Source: Octopus bimaculoides
Lineage: Eukaryota
Assembly (NCBI RefSeq): GCF_001194135.2
Contig: NC_069002.1
Span: 7,227,643-7,285,158, forward strand
Length of the DNA stretch: 57,516 nt
Direction of reading: 5' to 3'
The notes below the pieces were generated by a model. The model was not told the origin of the DNA and made no database searches. It worked only from the letters and a program-made list of their open reading frames with translations. Positions 1 to 14,416 of this stretch are shown here, in pieces. Numbering within the stretch: position 1 is the first letter of the stretch; the number at the start of each line of letters is the position of its first letter. Position numbers and translations under genes: made by a program.

Positions 1-34
<34 letters not shown>

Positions 35-246
35 TACACACACGTGCACAGACACACACACATATATATATATAACACTTCTATATGTCTCTCTTGTTGA
101 AATACATGTCTCAGCCCAATTTGAGCTCTTTCCCTTAGTTCACTTTTGTTAATATATATATATATATGTGTGTATGTATAAATGTATGTATGCATATATA
201 TACAAACACACACACACTCACACACACACGCACACATACACTCACC

Positions 247-278
<32 letters not shown>

Positions 279-986
279 ATATGCATTTTTGTTGTTGCTA
301 TAATTTTTTTTTATGTCATCTTATTTGCAGTTCCATTTTTTTCTTTTTTGCGGGATGTCCCTTATTTCTGGAATATTGTCCAACAAGTGCAGTTTTTAAA
401 GAAACACAGTGATGGGAAACGAAAACCGGTCGTGAAAGATAATTAGTTTTCATTTCGTACGCTTTTCGCTTTTTTTCTGTTCCTTTTTTTTTTTTTTTTT
501 TTTNNNNNNNNNNNNNNNNNNNNNNNNNNNNNNNNNNNNNNNNNNNNNNNNNNNNNNNNNNNNNNNNNNNNNNNNNNNNNNNNNNNNNNNNNNNNNNNNN
601 NNNNNNNNNNNNNNNNNNNNNNNNNNNNNNNNNNNNNNNNNNNNNNNNNNNNNNNNNNNNNNNNNNNNNNNNNNNNNNNNNNNNNNNNNNNNNNNNNNNN
701 NNNNNNNNNNNNNNNNNNNNNNNNNNNNNNNNNNNNNNNNNNNNNNNNNNNNNNNNNNNNNNNNNNNNNNNNNNNNNNNNNNNNNNNNNNNNNNNNNNNN
801 NNNNNNNNNNNNNNNNNNNNNNNNNNNNNNNNNNNNNNNNNNNNNNNNNNNNNNNNNNNNNNNNNNNNNNNNNNNNNNNNNNNNNNNNNNNNNNNNNNNN
901 NNNNNNNNNNNNNNNNNNNNNNNNNNNNNNNNNNNNNNNNNNNNNNNNNNNNNNNNNNNNNNNNNNNNNNNNNNNNNNNNNNNNNN

Positions 987-1042
<56 letters not shown>

Positions 1043-3212
1043 TGTGTGTGTGTGTTTGTATTCTATATATGTACCATATATTCATTCTACATCCCTTGAT
1101 CGTGTAACAGTTGGTAGTCGTGTGATAGAGGTGGTGTGTTTTGTGTTGCCTCGACCCTGCTTTAATTGGACAGATCAATACATAATAACTGTCATTCCTT
1201 TATCGATATCCTTAGTTCATTCTCAGACAATAAAACATAGGTGTCGGTGGTTATTTTGTACAAACCTGGCTTACCCACAGAACGGTCCCATTCCTAACAT
1301 TTCATTTGACAATTTATCATATAACACCTATCTCTGTATTGTTTTTACTCGTAGAACTTATCTAATAAATGATATAATGACATTCATGATGTTCCTGAGT
1401 TCTCCGGAGTGAATGCAAAATTGTGAAAGCGATTAAGAAATGGTCATAGATGATTTTTCGCTAAGATTAAAGTTTTATTTATTGTTAGGACTATAGTTTA
1501 TGACATACTTAATACTAAGGCTATGGTTAGTGTTGGATTTAAAAGTATGCTTACTGTTAATTTTACCGTTTTACAGATTTTTGTCAACGAACAGCAGCCA
1601 TTGGATTCTCTGAAATCATAACATAGATTTAGATCAATTTACAATGGATATAAATTTTGCTAACAGCTGGGATCTACATAATTTAATGAAAGGTGTGTTG
1701 GAGTAATAAAATGTGGAGTAGCTGAGAGAGCGAGAGAGCAAAGGGTCAAAAGAAATAATTGTAGATTAATATTGATAGAAACAGAGGTGGCAGAGAATGG
1801 AATACGACGTAAACAGTATCAAATTTGTTAGAAAAAATGCAAGGTTTAAAGTTCCCAGAAATTCATTAGTGTTTGACATATGTGGATAAGACTTCTGAAA
1901 ATCGAAACCTTGTTCGTAGGTATAGGTTGACGCAGAACCAACATTATTTTGCCGCAGACAATTCTGTGTAGTGAAAGCAGTGATTTGTACTATCCGTCTT
2001 TAGATTATACCTCATTCGAATTTTTCCTGGCATTTGGTGGACAGCCGATATCTAAGTCTGATTCATTTATGGGCAGTTGATATCTGAGATCGAGGTTTGA
2101 GTTCAAGGTCTGAACATGGGAATTTAATTTTTAGATTTGGGGTCGAATGTGATGCGCAGCTTTTGAGCCTGATAACAAGATGAAAAACACTAGACAGAAA
2201 CATTATATACTCATCACTTTGATTGCGTTCACCGTTTTTGTGCCAATTCGAATGTGATTTATTCTCAAAGTTGGACTTTTCTGTAGGTAGAACTGTCCTG
2301 ATATTCAGTGTTCTCACTATTTGCCTACTCTTGCTGTCTTGTTGTGATTCAGACCAAAAAAGTAGATCCAATTTTGACCACTCCGACTTTTATTCAGATA
2401 GAATGTATCTAGAGGTATTTTAAGCAATGTCTACTTTGACAATGATTTCAGTACTATTTGGCTGCTATACCTAGTATACCCAGCTTATTAGCACGCCCTA
2501 GAATTTAAATCCAGGTCAATTAATCTCTAACCCACCAATCATGAAATATGACCCAGCCATGACCACCCTGTCTCTGTTGTTTATTGTGTATACCTAGAAC
2601 TATTTAATCCCGTGTCACGTTTATTTAGTGGAATTTTGTTCCCAATTCTAGCAACATGGGTGACCACAATGCGGGTCCTTTGTTATCGCAATAGCTGAGG
2701 TTATTATCACGAGTATGCAGAACAGAATACATACTATTCATTAAAATTTGTGGCTGATCTATGCATGTGATCGCTTTATATATTGAAGATATTAATGACT
2801 TTTCTTTAAAAACAAACAAGCAGCAATTTCATCTTTCTTTACTCATTAAACTTCTTCTGGTAAACTATCATTCAGTCATGCCAATAGTAAGCAGTATATA
2901 TATTCTCTCTCGTCACCAATGTATACGTGCTTGTGTGAGTGTTTGTGTGTGTGTATGTGAGTGTGGGCAATATATGTCTATGGGCGAATTAGTAACTCGT
3001 ACGAACGCACAGAAGTAATGACTTTGATTCGGAATAAAGCTTCTTCATTCAAACCTTCTTCCGTTATAAATTTCTTTTTGTATGAATTCTACATACATTA
3101 GCAGATTTCCACAAGTATATCCAGCATAAGGAGTATACCTGCAGCAGCATAATAGCATATGGTAGCCGATAACCGTAGAGGAGCTATGCAATGCACGTTA
3201 CAAGTTTGTAAC

Positions 3213-3303
<91 letters not shown>

Positions 3304-4089
3304 NNNNNNNNNNNNNNNNNNNNNNNNNNNNNNNNNNNNNNNNNNNNNNNNNNNNNNNNNNNNNNNNNNNNNNNNNNNNNNNNNNNNNNNNNNNNNNNNN
3401 NNNNNNNNNNNNNNNNNNNNNNNNNNNNNNNNNNNNNNNNNNNNNNNNNNNNNNNNNNNNNNNNNNNNNNNNNNNNNNNNNNNNNNNNNNNNNNNNNNNN
3501 NNNNNNNNNNNNNNNNNNNNNNNNNNNNNNNNNNNNNNNNNNNNNNNNNNNNNNNNNNNNNNNNNNNNNNNNNNNNNNNNNNNNNNNNNNNNNNNNNNNN
3601 NNNNNNNNNNNNNNNNNNNNNNNNNNNNNNNNNNNNNNNNNNNNNNNNNNNNNNNNNNNNNNNNNNNNNNNNNNNNNNNNNNNNNNNNNNNNNNNNNNNN
3701 NNNNNNNNNNNNNNNNNNNNNNNNNNNNNNNNNNNNNNNNNNNNNNNNNNNNNNNNNNNNNNNNNNNNNNNNNNNNNNNNNNNNNNNNNNNNNNNNNNNN
3801 NNNNNNNNNNNNNNNNNNNNNNNNNNNNNNNTATATATGTGTGTGTTTGTATTTGACATATGGTATAATTATAAACAGGGCAAATTTTAGTCATTTCTCC
3901 GTATGTCTGTATGTATGTATGTATCTATGAAAGAGTATATGTACGTTTCCATATTCATGCAGACACCTACCAGGGTGGGTTGGACATCTTACTCAGGATG
4001 GCAAGACATCTAACCCAGGAGATGGCGAACCCTATTAGAAATGCCTGAGATATGAAAACACCATATACACACATACACACATATATACA

Positions 4090-4140
<51 letters not shown>

Positions 4141-5062
4141 NNNNNNNNNNNNNNNNNNNNNNNNNNNNNNNNNNNNNNNNNNNNNNNNNNNNNNNNNNNN
4201 NNNNNNNNNNNNNNNNNNNNNNNNNNNNNNNNNNNNNNNNNNNNNNNNNNNNNNNNNNNNNNNNNNNNNNNNNNNNNNNNNNNNNNNNNNNNNNNNNNNN
4301 NNNNNNNNNNNNNNNNNNNNNNNNNNNNNNNNNNNNNNNNNNNNNNNNNNNNNNNNNNNNNNNNNNNNNNNNNNNNNNNNNNNNNNNNNNNNNNNNNNNN
4401 NNNNNNNNNNNNNNNNNNNNNNNNNNNNNNNNNNNNNNNNNNNNNNNNNNNNNNNNNNNNNNNNNNNNNNNNNNNNNNNNNNNNNNNNNNNNNNNNNNNN
4501 NNNNNNNNNNNNNNNNNNNNNNNNNNNNNNNNNNNNNNNNNNNNNNNNNNNNNNNNNNNNNNNNNNNNNNNNNNNNNNNNNNNNNNNNNNNNNNNNNNNN
4601 NNNNNNNNNNNNNNNNNNNNNNNNNNNNNNNNNNNNNNNNNNNNNNNNNNNNNNNNNNNNNNNNNNNNNNNNNNNNNNNNNNNNNNNNNNNNNNNNNNNN
4701 NNNNNNNNNNNNNNNNNNNNNNNNNNNNNNNNNNNNNNNNNNNNNNNNNNNNNNNNNNNNNNNNNNNNNNNNNNNNNNNNNNNNNNNNNNNNNNNNNNNN
4801 NNNNNNNNNNTATATACATACATACATACATGCACTTGCCTCGCGTCTTGAAGTCTTTCAAAGAGACTCTGAGTATCCTTGATTCCTGTTGCCAGTTCTT
4901 TGAACCTCCTTTGATCGTTTCATTTTGTATCTTATAGTTATTGCTGTTTTTTGTTTACGCTGCTCTGGCATTTGTTTGTTTGCTTGTTTTTTTGCTTTCT
5001 TTCTTTATGTTTTTTTGTTCGTCTTTCTATCGATTTACATCGATATTCCGCCATTTTTTTGT

Positions 5063-6095
<1,033 letters not shown>

Positions 6096-6135
6096 CAGAA
6101 ATAAACATGAAAACTAAAAACAAAGCCATACGCAC

Positions 6136-6168
<33 letters not shown>

Positions 6169-6180
6169 TGTATGTATGTA

Positions 6181-6430
6181 TGCATGACAACTGTTTCGGA
6201 CGCCCTTTTGCCCAGCAGAAAACAGAATTTCACGGAAGCATGCTGTTCCTTCGTTTCAGCCATCGCAAAACAAAGACGTACCACGTTGTTGTATGACTCC
6301 ACACGACGACGCCTTTCAACAGACTGTGGTCTGAGAGTCGCATCAGGTGGCTTCTTGCGGCGGAAGTCTGAACTACAACTGGCTTGCTCCACAGAGAATG
6401 TTTCCCGTTGTTTTTGGGTAGCCCCTCGTA
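6181..6430 (-). mobile_element. Mariner DNA transposon, 5' fragment (left TIR plus first ~28 transposase codons), truncated by (CATA)n
   Basis: Minus strand begins TA-CGAGGGGCTACCCAAAAAC (mariner-type TIR with TA site). From 6263 it encodes MAETKEQHASVKFCFLLGKRASETVVM, matching the mariner N-terminal HTH pattern EQRxxIKFCxxLGKSAxET. Confidence 0.85.
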
Positions 6431-7359
6431 TATGACAAAATTGCTGTGCGATAAACAGGTTAAACATAGAGGTCACAATACAAGTTCAGTACAGATGTTC
6501 GTCAACTGAAGATTAATGCGAATTTGGCGCTTTTTAGAACAGAACTAGAAGTTCTTGCTTCAGCGAGTCCGAGTTTGCTGACAAGACAGGACAACAGATA
6601 GCGTAGTAAAAGGAGAAATTAGTTCTTAAGGCTAAGTCAAACCAAATACAGGAAAAAAAGTTGAAATACAGATTAAAGAGTTGGATCTTTAAAGAAAAGT
6701 TATTAAAAACGAACTGGAGACAATGATACTATATATGCATACATACGTACGTATATGCATTCGTACTCGAACATATATATGTACAACCAAACATATCCGT
6801 GAGAGTTTCTATGCATTTGAGCGTATATGTGTGGTATACGAGGACGAACATACACACACATACACATACACACACACACGCATATATATATACATATATA
6901 TACACGCATATATATATAACCGCACATACACACGTACATACGGATATTTTAAAATAATTCGTCTATCCATTCTGTTTCAATATGTACACCCAGTTGCTAT
7001 CTCACATTCTCTCATGTGTATATATGTATGTATGCATGCATGTATATATGTATATCCGTATGCGTGCATATATGCATGTATGTATATATGTATGTACGTT
7101 TGTCTGTGTGTACCTGTATGTACGTATACACATGCACACATAAATATAAACGAAAATCATTTAAGTATAGTGAATAAAGTATACCCTACAATTTGTTTTA
7201 AATCTGTTTATTTTTGTCACTGCTGTGGTTTTATTTTGTTGCTGCTGTTGTTTTTGCTGTATTCTATCTACTTAAAGCTATTTCTATACGACAAAATGTA
7301 ACCAAGTAACCTTATAATACCATCATGTGTTTCTTATGACGAAGGTGTTTACACAAGCG

Positions 7360-7399
<40 letters not shown>

Positions 7400-7833
7400 N
7401 NNNNNNNNNNNNNNNNNNNNNNNNNNNNNNNNNNNNNNNNNNNNNNNNNNNNNNNNNNNNNNNNNNNNNNNNNNNNNNNNNNNNNNNNNNNNNNNNNNNN
7501 NNNNNNNNNNNNNNNNNNNNNNNNNNNNNNNNNNNNNNNNNNNNNNNNNNNNNNNNNNNNNNNNNNNNNNNNNNNNNNNNNNNNNNNNNNNNNNNNNNNN
7601 NNNNNNNNNNNNNNNNNNNNNNNNNNTATATATATGTATACACAAATACATACATATATGTGCATATATATACATATATATATGTGTGTGTGTCTATGTA
7701 TATATATTTATGTATACATACGTATATGTATATATATAAGCATACATACGTGCATTCATGTAAGCACGTACATATATATGTGCATATGTACATATGCATA
7801 CACGTGTACATATGCATATATACATACATAGAC

Positions 7834-7864
<31 letters not shown>

Positions 7865-7874
7865 TAAACACACG

Positions 7875-7980
<106 letters not shown>

Positions 7981-8120
7981 CATACATACATACATACATA
8001 CGTATATATACGCACATATTTACTACCATATATATATATGTATATATATACGTATACACACACACACACATATATACATATATGTACATATATGTGTATA
8101 TACATACACTCACGAAGACA

Positions 8121-8162
<42 letters not shown>

Positions 8163-9034
8163 CCCACATGTTGTTTGAGTAGAACTGGCATTTAGTCAAA
8201 ATACATACAAGTGCCATCCATTTAGTTTAGGTGCAAAAGGTAGATAGCTTTAACCATTGTTAATGTACGTTCTATGCCGACATATTGTAAGGAGAAATGT
8301 TACATCGACGTCTCCGTTGTGTAGTTAAGAATAATTGCTCTTCGTTTTGTTTTTGGTTTCTTCCAATATGGCCGAAGCGTTAAGTGCCATATGGTTTTTT
8401 TTAAGCATTTTCGAATGTGATGGCTAACCTTTAGATAGCTAGAGCACCTAACCCTAGTCGTGTGTGTTTGACTCTGTGTGTGTATGTGTGTTTATGCGTG
8501 TGTGTCTGTCTGTATGCGAGTGTATATGTGTAGGTTTGTATATACGTACATAAATCTTTATTAACTCACTTTCTCTCCCTCACACAGACAAACACCCACC
8601 TACACACACACATGTATATATATATATATATATATATATATNNNNNNNNNNNNNNNNNNNNNNNNNNNNNNNNNNNNNNNNNNNNNNNNNNNNNNNNNNN
8701 NNNNNNNNNNNNNNNNNNNNNNNNNNNNNNNNNNNNNNNNNNNNNNNNNNNNNNNNNNNNNNNNNNNNNNNNNNNNNNNNNNNNNNNNNNNNNNNNNNNN
8801 NNNNNNNNNNNNNNNNNNNNNNNNNNNNNNNNNNNNNNNNNNNNNNNNNNNNNNNNNNNNNNNNNNNNNNNNNNNNNNNNNNNNNNNNNNNNNNNNNNNN
8901 NNNNNNNNNNNNNNNNNNNNNNNNNNNNNNNNNNNNNNNNNNNNNNNNNNNNNNNNNNNNNNNNNNNNNNNNNNNNNNNNNNNNNNNNNNNNNNNNNNNN
9001 NNNNNNNNNNNNNNNNNNNNNNNNNNNNNNNNNN

Positions 9035-9264
9035 GACAAGGCTGACCCTTTGATATACAGGTACAACAGAAACAAGAAGAAAGAGTGAGAGAAAGTTGTG
9101 GTGAAAGAGTACAGCAGGGTTCACAACAACCCCCCTGCCGGAGCCTCGTGGAGCTTTAAAGGTGTTTTCTCAATAAACACTCACAACGCCCGGTCTGGGA
9201 ATCGAAACCGCGATCCTACGACCGCGAATCCGCTGCCCTAACCACTGGGCCATTGCGCCTCCAC
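9035..9264 (-). mobile_element. tRNA-derived SINE (family D; tRNA-Arg-like head), 3' end lost in gap
   Basis: Minus strand GGCGCAATGGCCCAGTGGTTAGGGCAGCGG...GGTTTCGATTCCCAGACCGGGCG has A/B-box-like motifs followed by a non-tRNA body. Confidence 0.8.
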
Positions 9265-9463
9265 ATATACATATATGAGGTATATATATACATATATCTA
9301 TCTATCTCTCAGTCTGTCTGTCTGCTTGCCTTTCTATCTATCTCTCTATCTGTTGAATCTTGATCAGCCTCGACCTAGACAACAGCATCTCGAAAAACAT
9401 CATCACCAACATCCTCCTGATCATCATCCTATTCGTCGTGTGTCGTCGTCGTCGTCGTCGTCG

Positions 9464-9499
<36 letters not shown>

Positions 9500-9898
9500 A
9501 TAACAACAGTTATCACAGCAGCTATTACAGCAGCAGCAGCAGCAGCAGACGTATCTGTAACTGAAACGACAGCAAATTGACGAAGGAGTGTGTAAGGGGG
9601 TACACGATCTGCTAGAAATAACTGCGAAGTTTCTCTGAACATCACAGCCAACTAACTTTAAAAGAAGGGAAATGATACATTGAGTAACGCTGACACAGAT
9701 CAGCTACGTCAGAGTAAATAATAATAATAATAAATATATATATACGAGAAGGTCACGGCTGAAATATCTAAATATCTTTGGTTTTAGGTTGATTATAATA
9801 AACAAAGACCTGGGGCTATAAAACTAACAAAAAGGCTATTAAATCCAAGACGACATTTTGATGACGATGACGTCAACGACGACGACGACGACGATGAC

Positions 9899-9930
<32 letters not shown>

Positions 9931-10114
9931 CGATGATTGCAATGATAGCGACGAGCCAAGTGAATGACGATGATGGTGATGAAGATGATGATGATGATGA
10001 CGATGACGACGAGGATGATGATGACGACGACGACGACGAGGAAGACAACGCTGATCCTGATGCGGGCTAAGTTAGACGAACCTGTCTAAGTCGCCTTTAT
10101 TATTATTGTTGTCC

Positions 10115-10158
<44 letters not shown>

Positions 10159-10374
10159 ACTGTCATAATTGATAATATCTTTGTAAAACTGACGAGTAAA
10201 AAACATATACAAAAAAAAAACACTTCAAAAAAGAAAAAAAATATATAATATCAGTAATACAAACTAGAAAAAAAAAAGGGGAATGAAACAAGAGCAAAAG
10301 TAACAACAACAGCAACAATAACAATGATAATGATAATGATAACAACAACAACAACAACAACAATAATTATTATA

Positions 10375-10418
<44 letters not shown>

Positions 10419-10454
10419 GATTTTATTTATTTGCCACAAGCGCGAAGGATGAGG

Positions 10455-10459
10455 GGGGG

Positions 10460-10496
<37 letters not shown>

Positions 10497-10510
10497 TTAT
10501 GATAATGATG

Positions 10511-10595
<85 letters not shown>

Positions 10596-10600
10596 TGATG

Positions 10601-10656
<56 letters not shown>

Positions 10657-10660
10657 GATG

Positions 10661-10706
<46 letters not shown>

Positions 10707-10725
10707 TAATAATGATAACATAATA
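10455..10725. repeat. (AAT/GAT)n trinucleotide microsatellite
   Basis: Direct inspection. Confidence 0.95.
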
Positions 10726-10901
10726 ACTTCTAGGGTATTATTAATAATGCTGATAATAGCATAATCAAAATGGTGAACGGTGGGGATAAAAACAGAGGGG
10801 GGAAAAAAATTATGGAGAGAAAATGGATGAGGGAGAGAAAAAGAGAAGTAGAAGAAAAAAAAGGCAATAGTAAAGGAAGCAGGAAAGAAGAGATGGAAAA
10901 G

Positions 10902-10973
<72 letters not shown>

Positions 10974-12015
10974 GAGAGAAAGGAATTATGAAGGAAAGAA
11001 AGAAAGGGGAAAAAAATAATTTTCGTATTTACGGGCGTACTTGTCATATCAGCTTTATTTTCTGCATGTGATGCGCAGTCAAATACAGATGGCATTGCGT
11101 GCACTCTCTACGCATGTGCACGCATGCACATTCACACACAAACACNNNNNNNNNNNNNNNNNNNNNNNNNNNNNNNNNNNNNNNNNNNNNNNNNNNNNNN
11201 NNNNNNNNNNNNNNNNNNNNNNNNNNNNNNNNNNNNNNNNNNNNNNNNNNNNNNNNNNNNNNNNNNNNNNNNNNNNNNNNNNNNNNNNNNNNNNNNNNNN
11301 NNNNNNNNNNNNNNNNNNNNNNNNNNNNNNNNNNNNNNNNNNNNNNNNNNNNNNNNNNNNNNNNNNNNNNNNNNNNNNNNNNNNNNNNNNNNNNNNNNNN
11401 NNNNNNNNNNNNNNNNNNNNNNNNNNNNNNNNNNNNNNNNNNNNNNNNNNNNNNNNNNNNNNNNNNNNNNNNNNNNNNNNNNNNNNNNNNNNNNNNNNNN
11501 NNNNNNNNNNNNNNNNNNNNNNNNNNNNNNNNNNNNNNNNNNNNNNNNNNNNNNNNNNNNNNNNNNNNNNNNNNNNNNNNNNNNNNNNNNNNNNNNNNNN
11601 NNNNNNNNNNNNNNNNNNNNNNNNNNNNNNNNNNNNNNNNNNNNNNNNNNNNNNNNNNNNNNNNNNNNNNNNNNNNNNNNNNNNNNNNNNNNNNNNNNNN
11701 NNNNNNNNNNNNNNNNNNNNNNNNNNNNNNNNNNNNNNNNNNNNNNNNNNNNNNNNNNNNNNNNNNNNNNNNNNNNNNNNNNNNNNNNNNNNNNNNNNNN
11801 NNNNNNNNNNNNNNNNNNNNNNNNNNNNNNNNNNNNNNNNNNNNNNNNNNNNNNNNNNNNNNNNNNNNNNNNNNNNNNNNNNNNNNNNNNNNNNNNNNNN
11901 NNNNNNNNNNNNNNNNNNNNNNNNNNNNNNNNNNNNNNNNNNNNNNNNNNNNNNNNNNNNNNNNNNNNNNNNNNNNNNNNNNNNNNNNNNNNNNNNNNNN
12001 ATATATATTTAGATA

Positions 12016-12027
12016 AATAGATAGATG

Positions 12028-12059
<32 letters not shown>

Positions 12060-12079
12060 TATAGATAGATAGATAGATG

Positions 12080-12119
<40 letters not shown>

Positions 12120-12143
12120 TATAGATAGATAGATAGATAGATA
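12016..12143. repeat. (GATA)n tetranucleotide microsatellite
   Basis: Direct inspection. Confidence 0.95.
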
Positions 12144-12393
12144 CACGTTGGTGTGTTGCGACTGTCAATATGAACACCTACTTTATAGGAATAGGAAGAA
12201 GAAAAAGAAGATCATTATCACTACCAACAACAAAAATACGACGTCAATAACCCTTGAACCAAGCAAAAGCAGAAACACATAGAAAGAAAAAGAGATATCG
12301 TCATCGAGAGGATAATACGTAACTTGTATGTGTATACGGTGGTCTTCTATGCTGTTAGTGTCCGCTAACTTCACTCAGAAGTCACAAGTCATT

Positions 12394-12500
12394 TAGGGGC
12401 TGTACTAGAAGAGTCTTGTTCAACCTACCGAGAAGTGAGTTTGAACCCAGAGCCATTTTACTGCAGACGAGCTTCTAAACCACAATGTCATACCTGAGCC
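12394..12500 (-). mobile_element. Degenerate SINE head (family A, CORE-like)
   Basis: Reverse complement resembles the family A head at 24776-24830 (...TGTGGTTTAGAAGCTCG...CTGGGTTCAAACTCAC...CTTCTAGTACAGCC). Confidence 0.55.
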
Positions 12501-12531
12501 TCACACACGTATACCTATACACACACACACA

Positions 12532-12570
<39 letters not shown>

Positions 12571-12600
12571 ATGCATATACACATGCATATATCACGTGAA

Positions 12601-12930
12601 GATGCATGGGTCAGTGGTTAGAGCGTCGGACTCACAATCATGATCTAGTGAGTTCGATTCGCGGACCGGGCTGTGTGTTGTGTTCTCCCGGAAGACATTA
12701 TTTCATGCAGCTCCCGTTCACTCAGCTGCAGAAACGAGTTGCGACGTCACAAGGGCCAAGCTGTATCGGTCTTTGCCTTTCCCTTGGATAACATCTTTGG
12801 CATGGAGAAAGGTGACTGGTATGCACAGGCGACAGTTGGTCTTTCATAAACAAACTAGCCGGGACTTGTTCCTCGGAAAGGAAATTTCTAGGTGCAGTCC
12901 CATCGTCATTCATGACCGAAGAGGGTCTGT
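12601..12930 (+). mobile_element. tRNA-derived SINE, near full length (family C)
   Basis: A-box-like TGGGTCAGTGG and B-box-like GAGTTCGATTC, then a CORE-like TGTGTTGTGTTC...AAGACA segment. Its 3' half matches 56331-56435. Confidence 0.85.
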
Positions 12931-13073
12931 CTCTAGTTATGTCTTTCCATATCTCATAACACGTGTATTTGAAAAACTAAACAGCGAAAGCAAACCTCAC
13001 TGCCATAAAGTTCGTGACATTTAAAAGATTTTTTTATGTAATTAATATAAATTTTGTTTTAAGAAAATATTAC

Positions 13074-13113
<40 letters not shown>

Positions 13114-13140
13114 AGGCCGCTNNNNNNNNNNAAATATTAC

Positions 13141-13180
<40 letters not shown>

Positions 13181-14279
13181 AGGCCGCTATCTCTATGAGG
13201 TCAAGCGACTGGGTCGGAACTTCCTCCATTGGCAGGAGATTTGAGTGGATGCTGTTCTTGTTGCGATGCTGAAGTTCAACGTAATAGCATTGGAAAGTCG
13301 TTGTGGTGTGTGGTGGCAACGGTGCTGTTGTTGTTGTTTGTAGTAGGGGTGGTAGTGGTTGTGGTGGTAGTGGTGGTAGTGGTGGTAGTGGCGGTGGGTA
13401 CAGCATGTACTGTTGAACAAAGGTGGAGGAGAGAAGGTAAGGTGTGGGGGTTAGGGGTTGGGGTAAATATACTTTTGCGAAAGGCGTGGTCCTTGAAAAC
13501 ATCAAAAGATACACACAGAAGTTAAAATAGAAAACAACAACAACAGCAGCAACAACAACAACAATAATAATGGTAACAACGCTAACAATAAGTAAATAAA
13601 ATAAGAGAAACACAAAGTTGCCAAAAGAAAAAGATAAAATATTCTCGGCGACACAAATCCTTTAAAAGGTTGTCTCCTTAAGCCGCGCTCAATATTTATA
13701 TCTTATGTATGTATGTATGTGTGTGTGTGTGTGTGTGTGTATGTGTGTGTGTGTGTGTTTGTGTGTGTCTGTGTCTGTGTATGCTTGCATGTATGTATGT
13801 CAGGTCTATGTATGTATGTAGGTTTGTATGTTTGTATGTATGTGTGTATATGTATTTGAATATATGTTTGTATATATGTGTATATGCGTGTATGTGTGTA
13901 TGTATATATGTTTGTATGTATACATGTTTGGATGTATGTGTGTATACATGTTTGGATGTATGTGTATATGTGTATATGTGTGTATGTATGTATGTATGTT
14001 TGTATGTATGTATGTATGTGTGTATGTGCGTATGCATGCATGTATATATGTATGTGTGTATGTATCTAAGTTTTGATATATGTATATTTGTATCTATACT
14101 TGGATATATGTATGCGTGTATGTGTGTGCATGTATGCATGCATGCATGTATTTATGCATGTATATATGCATGTATACATGTATGTATGTGTGTATATATA
14201 TATGTGCATTTATAAGTATTTTTATTTTCTATGCATATTGCTACATATGGTTCTAAGGTTAGAACCATATGTGTGTGTG

Positions 14280-14322
<43 letters not shown>

Positions 14323-14342
14323 ACACACACACACACATACAT

Positions 14343-14416
14343 AGAGGTCGTCATCGCCTTACGACCACAATTGGTTCCGACTGACTGATCGTAAGTCGAT
14401 TTGGTCGTAAGTCGGG
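14343..14416. mobile_element. pogo/Tigger-like MITE end fragment
   Basis: CTTACGACCA (14358) is the inverted repeat of TGGTCGTAAG (14402), and TCGTAAGTCG occurs twice. This subterminal pattern is typical of Tigger-type elements as I recall them. Confidence 0.5.

Noticed and set aside
2063-2423. Non-repetitive ORFs 2063-2371 (-) and 2223-2423 (+)
   Set aside because: No recognisable motifs, no clear splice signals, and lengths compatible with chance.
9190-9264. tRNA-Arg-like gene
   Set aside because: No proper acceptor stem or terminator, and it continues into a SINE body; it is a SINE head.
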